Translations under genes and position numbers: made by a program
NCBI GenBank assembly: GCA_951406725.2
Contig: OX597824.1
Coordinates: 93,186,001-93,250,000 of the forward strand
Source of the DNA: Octopus vulgaris
Taxonomy: Eukaryota
Reading direction: 5' to 3'
DNA: 64,000 bases
The notes under the pieces: generated by a model
What the model saw: only the letters and a program-made list of their open reading frames with translations
Databases searched by the model: none
Told to the model about the DNA's origin: nothing
Shown here: positions 54,496 through 64,000 of the stretch, piece after piece
How positions within the stretch are numbered: position 1 is the stretch's first letter
Layout of the letters: each line of letters begins with the position of its first letter

Positions 54496-55344
54496 TGTAT
54501 ATATAAGTGTACATACTCATTCATTTCTTTCTTATTTTGTATTTATTTTTGCTGGAGAATGTATCAGGGTTAATTTAGGTTATATCATTAACGAAGGAAA
54601 ATTATTTTTGTAAGGTAGATTTAAGGATTAACAAAAGTACTTTTTCTCCATATACGAAGGTGTTTCTATGAGTTTCTTTCAGCAGTGTATCCTTGGATTT
54701 TGTCTCTTTTTATTTAATTTTCTCTATTATATATAGTCTAAATTCTTGTATTTTTAATTTTTCGTGTCTTGATCAAAGTTCTTGATCAAAGTTCTATTGG
54801 GGAAGTTATTTCTATTTTTTTCAATAGAGCAGCTTAAATTTCGACGTCATTAAAATTGAAAAGGGTATTTGGCTTAGATAATTTATAGACGGAGAAGATC
54901 AGAGAATTAAACCAAACCTAGTGGAGGACATTAATATCACCAATTACTTATCGCTCATGTTTGGAAATTTGATAACAAAAAACATATAATTTCCTTTCGG
55001 AATATATAATTCATCGGAAAGCTATACAGCAGAAGAAAAAATTCCAGAAACAACACATGTAGTTTGTTGGAAACCTTTCGCCAATGAATAAAATGAATAA
55101 AAGTTTGTAAAGCAGAATGATGCTTCTGTGAAATATCGACGCAAATGGGTTTCATCTCAAGACCCGAACAATTCGCTGCCATCAAAGAATAATTCCTGGA
55201 CGAAAACCTCGCAGTGTTACTGTATAAGATACTTTGTTACCAAAAGTGGAGTGAGAAATTTGTCCTTTTTCCCTACAAAGAAGGACAATATAACAAAAGT
55301 AAACGTTTCCCTCTCGATACATGATAAGCTCAGGAGGGCCGAGT

Positions 55345-55552
55345 AGCACATCATGCTACTTTCTCTGTTAGTCTTTCCGATCATCGCTAAATTCTCGAGG
55401 CCATCTTTCCTCATCACATGACCAAGGAATCTCAGTTGCTTCACCCTTTTCTCACAAAGAAGTTTCTTATTTATCACAGGTTGAGTCATCACTTCTTGAT
55501 TAGACATGTTGCTTGTCCGTGCTCTCCTCAATATTCTCCTTGAGAACCAAAC
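55345..55552 (-). pseudogene. RTE-clade LINE 3' fragment
   Basis: WFSRRILR...SNQEV...KQLRFLGHVMRKDGLENLAMIGK. Confidence 0.8.
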
Positions 55553-55555
55553 ACA

Positions 55556-55627
<72 letters not shown>

Positions 55628-55630
55628 GAG

Positions 55631-55682
55631 GTGGCTTAACTGATGATGGTAACGGATATTGCCGAAACTGAGGTCAGGTCGC
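55631..55682 (+). ncRNA. Minimal hammerhead-like motif
   Basis: gtggctt-aa-CTGATGA-t-ggtaa(cggata)ttgcc-GAAAC-tgag-GTC-aggtcgc, inside an about 250-bp segment flanked by (TA)n. Confidence 0.6.
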
Positions 55683-55878
55683 AATTTTTCGTACAATTAT
55701 GGTCGGTCTTTGTTAGTGTAATATGTTTCCATTCATATGCGTCAACTACAGCATTAAAGCATTTTAGCTCTTATTTCTAGTAATGTAGGTGTTTTTTTTA
55801 CACCCTAGTCACATTTAATGACAATTACGATTTTCGTTTCTGGTGAAACATTGCAACCTGCTGTTTCCATTAGTTATG

Positions 55879-55910
<32 letters not shown>

Positions 55911-56509
55911 TATTAGTGTAGTAGATTTTTTTCTCTATCGCCTACCATACTGCTATCTTTAGGATTTTTAAATCTCTTTAGTTACGTGTTACGTTTTTAT
56001 GCGGGTGGAATCTTTGATGTGCATTGGTGAAGAATGTTAGTCTTATCTCCCGTTCAAAGAACGTTGCTAAATAGTTCATACAATTTACTTAAGTAATTCC
56101 ATTTATCACACACCACACCTCACACACACACACATAGAATCTTTCGATATTTTTTGGTACTTCCAAAATGTTCTTCAGATCAACCAGCATATGACACATG
56201 TCGTGACTTTACAAGTCTTTTACGGCGTACTTTATTTTTTAGTTACTCTCTGAATAGGCGTGTTCCATACCATATATTATCTCCTCACTAAATATAATAT
56301 TTAATATTTCGCTAATTTCATATTTTTTCACGTGAGTGTTCATATATACTCATTCCTTCGGTTTTGTACGTTCACCCCTCACTGATATCCAGATCTTCAC
56401 AATTTTAATATATGCTCTATGTCTCTTATTTTTTTCTCAATTTCTTCTGGAAAGTTTTCTTTGGAATATTAGAATATGACTTTGCTATGGTATTTATCTT
56501 AAAATGATC

Positions 56510-57329
56510 TACGTGATTTCATCACTAAATATCCGGACTGTTGCCATAGTGACGAAGCTAAATCCCGCAGAGTGAAGCCGCTTGGTAGAGATTACTGTGA
56601 ACTTCCGCTGTTTACAGCAGTGTTTGAAAGGAAGCGATGTAGCGTGAGATTGTCGCATCGACCACAACAGAAAGATTGGCGATCGCTGGTCAGAGGCCTA
56701 CGCAAAGTTTTCAATAAGTTTTCTTCGTTCTCGACACAATCAAGGGAATCTTGTGCAACTGAAACTCCGAGTGTTTATTGGGTCAGCTGAAAAGTGTTGT
56801 GGCTCAAACTTGACAGGCACGCGTCTCATACCCAAATCTTCAGTGATAATGGACTGAACTGAACCGTAACTAATCTGCACATCCTGTGATAACACATGGA
56901 TGATGATTCGACGATTTCCCCTCACAGCTGCACACACATCTGTCATGTTTTTCTCAGTTCTGCTGGCTGCGGATCTCCCAGAATGTTCGTCAATATCGAC
57001 ATTTTTCAACCATCTTGGAAACGTCTCAACCACTCGTGCACTGGAGTGCGGCTCATATACTCCTCTCCATACACTTTCTGCAAATTTGCGTAGGCCTCTG
57101 AGTAGGTTTCACCATGACAACTTTTTCTACCATGGTCATTGCGACGGTTACACACTACACATGTTCCTTCCAAGCACTGCTACAAACAGCGGAAGCGAGC
57201 TAGAATGTTAACACTCAGTGCGCGAGCAGAGCAGAGATTAAGGTCAATCTTTGCCGCGTGGCTTCATTCAGCGTGCTTTAGCTTCGTTACGATGACAACA
57301 GTCTGGATACCTATTGATCAGACCTTGTA
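56510..57329 (-). mobile_element. Internally deleted mariner with long (about 75-bp) imperfect TIRs
   Basis: DEHSGR...VRGNRRI..LSQDVQISYGSVQSIITEDLGMRRVPVKFEPQ (HTH and WVP-like linker); tatccggactgttgccatagtgacgaagctaaa versus tttagcttcgttacgatgacaacagtctggata; TA at both ends. Confidence 0.85.
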
Positions 57330-57657
57330 TCCTTGGCAGTGCCGGCATCGTTACTATAACAACTATGTGTATGACAATTATTAATATAACAATTATGCAC
57401 AAGACTTAATCTAGTGAGTACGAGGTACGGATGGACAAGCGCCATATTTGACAGCTAATAAGGCGCTTTTTTTTCCCCAAAAGCGTGTCTCAAAAATCAC
57501 CTAAGTGTTATGTGCGAAGTTGGGTCACCAATGAGCTTTAATTCATTAAAATCATTTTTCGTCAATTTCTCCTGCAGGACATAAGACAGGCCCAATATGA
57601 CTGTGCATCTTTTATGTCACCAATACACTAATCAATTACTAATACTATCCAACTGTA

Positions 57658-57701
<44 letters not shown>

Positions 57702-58029
57702 ACACACATATAAATATGTTTATATTTGTTTTTACGTATAGTTTTATTTAAAATAAATTTAAAACAATATTAATTGAACGATCACCGAATACCTTTAAAT
57801 AGAGTTCCATATTTACTTCGCTTTACGGAGGAAATTCGTGATAGTAATTTCAAAGTGACGTCTCAATTTTCTTCATTTTACGAAGGCTACTTAGCTAAAA
57901 CCTGGAACTTACATTTACCATTTTACATTGTAAAATATAAAATCTACAGCCTCAACCGTGGGTTGTCTGGATGTTTTCTTTTTGTGTAAATCTGATGAAA
58001 CCACTTGATTTATCAAAAACACCATTACA

Positions 58030-58445
58030 TATTTCTTTATTACCCACAAGGGGAGAAACACAGAGGGCACAAACAAAGACAGACAAACAGATTAAGTCGA
58101 TTACATCGACCCCAGTACGCAACTGGTACTTAATTTATCGATACTGAAAGGATGAAAGGCAAAGTCGACCTTGGCGGAATTTGAACTCATAACGTAACGG
58201 CAGACGAAATAGCTATTTCTTTACTACCCACAAAGGGCTAAAGACAGAGAGGACAAACAAGGACAGACAAACGGATTAAGTCGATTACATCGACTCCAGT
58301 GCGTAACTGGTACTTAATTTATCGACCCCGAAAGGATGAAAGGCAAAGTCGACCTTGGCAGAATTTGAACTCAGAACGTAACGGCAGACAAGATACCACT
58401 GAGCATTTCGCCCAGCGTGCTAACGTTTCTCCCAGCTCGCCGCTT
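58030..58445 (-). mobile_element. Family A SINE, dimer
   Basis: Same junction (gacgaaatagctatttcttt at about 58204); degenerate TSD tcaaaa.ca.cattac. Confidence 0.9.
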
Positions 58446-60639
58446 TTCAAAAGCATCATTACCATTACACACACTTTTATTCAACTGTTTCTAGATTTAT
58501 ATCATATGTTTCTACAGTGTATTTATAATTCTGTACTTATAATATTTATTTTATATTCATATTCTGATGCGATTTAATGTGTTTATAAAATATTATGTAG
58601 TGGTCTGAGGCAGATTTAGCTGATATTTCTAGCAAATGGAGCGCACATATAGAACCTTCCTCATTCGCTCTAAATTCCATTGGTACACTCATTAAAAGGC
58701 ATTAGATTTTAAAGCCTCTGTGGTTATTTAATATCTTATTCTGTTTCAGAATTTTCCAACTACATTTTTTTCTTCTTCTTTCGCCACTTACAACTTACTC
58801 TTGGTTATTTTCTTGGCATCAGTTCTGCTGCTTTCTTTATTTTTGTTCCCTTTATTTGGTTTCTGTCTCCAGTTTTTCGTTTATTTCCAATGTTTTGGTT
58901 GATTTTTCAATGAATTCAGTTTAGTGTTTAATTTTCATTCTTCATGGTTTCACTAATATTTCCACTCTTTATTTCTATGGCTTTTTCTGCAACTCTACAC
59001 CAATTTCAAATGTCACCATCTTATATTCACATTTTATTTTACGTATTTATAATACCTATAAACTTACATCTGACTAGATTTAAAACCGAAATTACACTAC
59101 ACACACTCAGACAGTGGTACGCGTATGAGAATTTTAGAGTTTGATGTCTGAAATTATCATCAAATAAAATCGCCGTTTGAAGTTGTTAAAAGGGAATTAG
59201 TTCGTCTAGATTTAAAATCGTGGTCAATAAGTAGTGAGGCATATTTGTCTTTCAAACTCAACTGAGTGAAAATTTATTCCACGGTAGAATGGCACAACGT
59301 CTGTCTTTCAACTATCTAAAGTTTACTACTAAATACAGCATTGATACCAACTGTAACATTTTTTGCATTGCTGTATAAATTTCCAGCAACTGTAAGACTC
59401 CTTAGACGTAAGAAATATATTCTTATTATTTCTTTTAATAATGCATTTGATTGGCCAAAATAACGCATTTGATTGGTTGAGCTGCGAATAAAACATACTG
59501 TGACATTCAATCATGTTACTTAGTTCAAATCTCATCAGGGTCAACTTTATCTTCCATCTACGTATGATCTATAAAGTAGAGCATCAGGAGGTTACTGAGG
59601 GCGATCGTTCTATCGTTTGCTCCCCTAAAAATTTTGCCTTCTCTTAGAAATCGCTATTAACAATAAAATTCCAGTGAATGTTCGTAATCGGCAGAGCGCC
59701 AGACAAAATGTCTTCTTATAATATGTTGTTTATTTACGTTCTAAATTAGCTGAGCCGTTATATCACCGATTATAATGTACCACAGAATTTCTTTCTTCCA
59801 ACTTTTCATTTTAAGTTTCAAGTACCACAATGGTCATGTTCGCATTTTATCCTTTAAGGCCCACAACGAAAACTCCGAATCAAGTGCGGTAGATGGTCAA
59901 CAAATATGTAAGAAAATCGGACCGCATATCTTGTGGTATTTATTATGGTTCGCTGAGTTCTGAGTTCAAACACCGCAGTATCTTTCTTGGATCACAGTTT
60001 TAATCCGTCCTTCCTTTTAAAACTATCGCCTTGTACCTTTAATGTCACTAGTGGAGTCTTCTCATTTAGAAGCATCCGGAACAGGTTTGAAGATAATCCT
60101 TTGCCTCCCATCAGTACTTGGACACTGCTTTCAGCGCCCTTCTTGGCCTAGTTTGCTTTATCGTTCTTAAGGAGCCGATAAAATAACATACCAGCGAAAT
60201 ACTGGTGTCGGTATAAATGACGATTTGCTCATCCAAATATTTATATCTTTGTGACAGTTTAAAAAAAAAAAAACTATTAACATTGTTACAATTTTCTGTG
60301 ACGGTTATGTCAACGGAGACTTCGTTTTCTTTTTGCGATCTTGTGACAAGTCTCTTCAATATTCAATGATATTGCGTAGGATTCTAGCAGAATAGAAGAT
60401 ATTTTTTCCTACAACTATTCTGTCGATTTAAATCCCAACGTCTGACTGGCTGTTCAACAGATGTCTGAATATTTTCCTCATAGCTACCACAACAACAAGG
60501 ACAGTTTCCATGCACAAATCTTAGACTTGTCTCAGTATCTACTCAAGATATTTTTGAATATCTTCTCTTTCTTTATGTTTGACTCAGCTATCACATGATG
60601 AAATAAAATCAATGACCTACCATATTCTGCATTATTGCT

Positions 60640-61560
<921 letters not shown>

Positions 61561-61784
61561 GAAGAATTGTTGTAATTATTGTTGTTGCTGCTGCTACTGT
61601 TATGGTTATTAATAATGGTTTGAGAGACACTTCAAGTGTTTCCTTTCTTCAAAAGAAATTATCAGATACATATTGGCAAACATATTCCAAGGTGAACAGA
61701 AATTTCCAAGGTTAACAAACGCTATGTCACAGTGCCCTAACAATATTTCCAAATGTTGCTTCTATTTATTAAAACGTACTGGGT

Positions 61785-62750
61785 TTTGTGTACTTGGGAT
61801 CCACAATCAGCCCCAGTGGATCAAGTACACCAGAGATACGGAGAAGGCTCGCAATAGCGGGGCCAGCGGTACAAGATCTGGAGAACATCTGGCGTGTCAA
61901 TGCTGCTGTTGCTGTTGAGCGAAGCGGTCTTCGTCCCAGAGAGGGAGAAATGTGAAATGTGGTCCTTTGCTATTCGTAAGACCCGCAGAAGAGAAAGCAG
62001 GTCAACCCCGACACCGAGAGCATCGACGGATGGATGAATGCGCATCCAGGCTCAGCGGTTGCGTAGGAAGTCGGGGATAAGAAACAGGAAGAAAGAATGA
62101 GAGAAAGTTAGAGCGAAAGATTACAACAGGGGTTGCCACCACCCCCTGCCTGAGCCTCGTGGCGCTTTAGGTGTTTTCGATAAATAAACACACACAGCGC
62201 CCAGTCTGGGAATCGAAACCGCGATCCTCCGACCGCGAGTCCGCTGCCCTAACCACTGGGCCATTGCGCCTCCGCTGTCAATGCTGCTGAAGATAAGGCT
62301 ACTTCGGGCTGCCGCTTTCTCTATTGCGACGTACGGCTGCGAGTCGTGGACAATGCTGAAGGCAGACAAGAAAAGAGTGAGCGCTTTTGAAATGTGGTTT
62401 TACCGCAGAATCCTTAGAGTATCGTGGACGGGGGAGAGGAGGACGAACAACTGGGTGCTGGAAAATCTCTGTTGTGAGATGTCGCTTCGGCGAAACATCA
62501 TGAAGCGGAAGCCTCGGTTCTTTGGCCGCGTCATGCGCCGGGATGGACTTGAGCGAACGATCGTAACTGGCAAGGTGAACGGCAGACGTAAAAGAGGCAG
62601 ACCACCCCCACTTCTTGGCTGAAAGATATGGCAGCCACAGGATTGTCCTTATTCTGAGCTGTCCATGGAGTAGCGGACAGGAGGAGGTGGCAAGACATCG
62701 TGATGACCACAGCATCGCATAGTGCGACACCTGACTAGGATGATGATGAC
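61785..62750 (+). mobile_element. 5'-truncated RTE-clade LINE interrupted by a SINE
   Basis: FVYLGSTISPSGSSTPEIRRRLAIA...LENIW [SINE] SMLLKIRLLRAAAFSIATYGCESWT...FEMWFYRRILRVSWT...FFGRVMRRDG...GRRKRGRP; (GAT)n tail at about 62739-62749. Confidence 0.9.
61909..62275 (-). mobile_element. Family C SINE variant with 14-bp TSD
   Basis: Same tRNA head as 41987; tgtcaatgctgctg at 61895-61908 and 62276-62289. Confidence 0.9.
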
Positions 62751-63736
62751 TGGAAAGTGACTCCATCAATATCTGTACTGAATCAGTTTTGTGCCATTTT
62801 TGTAGCATCAATTACAAAAACCTGTTTTGGTGAATGCATTCCTTAACCGCCCGAATAGTTTTAATTCCATGACTAAGTCAGCGTAGTTTCCTTCACCTTT
62901 ATGCTCAATCCGTACAAAATTATGTAAGACTTGTTATGTACTTCTTAGCGATCAGTCTCTATCCTAAAGTTACGTCGTCTTTTAGTCATCCTCTGTACAA
63001 ACGTTACATAGGAATTCAGGCATAACAGCTCCATGGTTAAATGAATATCACAGATCTTATTCCTCGAAGGATTCGAAATCGTGTGCGACTTGTATGCAGA
63101 TCATTTTCGTTATGCAACTTTGTCTCCATATAAACTTTACAAAATTTCGCATTATTTCAGAAAATACAAAATACACTTAATTTTACAGACGTTATCCTAT
63201 TTTATAGAAATATTGTGCTTACTACAGCAAACTCTGACGCCTTGTTTCGTTCTCAGGATCGAGTGAGAAATGTTCTTCCCCGCTGTATGGCTTCTTCGAT
63301 ATGTAATCTTTATGTTTCTCCACCAGGACAGAGTTCTGATGATATTTACAGTTTTGGCTTGCGTTTGAATCTTAATCAGATGATTCTATAGCCTATGAAA
63401 TGTCAAGCTTCATGCTGGTCGTCCGTACGATCTGCCGAATGCCATGGTTGACATTGATTGGAAGCAGAGCTCGTCAAATGCCAAGGATGAAATTATCAAA
63501 AGCGTAGGTCCACATCGGTTGGTAGCGCTACCTCTAAAATTTCATTCTTAGCATTCGTTGGCAAATCAGATCTTCAAATACTAAAGTTGAACTTAGTAAA
63601 GCACTAATGTCTGCCAATATCTTCCCCAAATCTTAGTAATTAATTATAGTAAATTTCTTTCTACATTCAGCAAAAGAACAACATGTTTGTAAGTATCGAA
63701 TCGTTGCGCTTGAAGAGTGAAAACAAATTAGTGCAA

Positions 63737-64000
63737 TATTCTTTTCTAGTCTAGACACAGGGCCCGAAATTTTGGGGGCCAGTCGATTATATCGACCCCA
63801 GTACGCAACTGGTACTGAATTTATCGACCCCGATGAAAGGCAAAGTCGATCTCGGCGGAATTTGAATTCAGAACGTAAAGAGAGACGAAATACCTATTTC
63901 TTTACTACCCACAAGGGGCTAAATACAGAGAGGACAAACAAGGACAAACAAACGAATTAAGTCGATTATATCGACCCCAGTGCGTAACTGGTACTTATTT
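63737..64000 (-). mobile_element. Family A SINE multimer (tail A unit followed by tail B unit), runs off the window
   Basis: Junction gacgaaatacctatttcttt at about 63885. Confidence 0.85.

Overview
AT-rich, microsatellite-dense eukaryotic non-coding DNA. The repeat families and the (TA)n/(AAT)n/(ATGT)n load suggest an octopus (cephalopod) intergenic or intronic region; this is an inference. I find no intact host gene, and most ORFs in the track are microsatellite artefacts. The window is a mosaic of tRNA-derived SINEs (at least four families, several with target-site duplications), decayed non-LTR retrotransposons (R4/Dong-like at (TAA)n, RTE, L1/Tx1-like), Tc1/mariner remnants and MITEs, a 156-bp solo LTR and an isolated 28S rRNA fragment. 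The most interesting signal is a set of minimal type-I hammerhead ribozyme (HHR) motifs in several unrelated short repeats. One has a fully canonical core with a very long stem II (32811-32923), one family carries a recurrent CCGANGA core (763-798, 52648-52684), and one unit joins a tRNA-like Pol III head to a hammerhead next to a Penelope-type GIY-YIG remnant (48970-50045). All calls are by eye; no database search or folding program was run.
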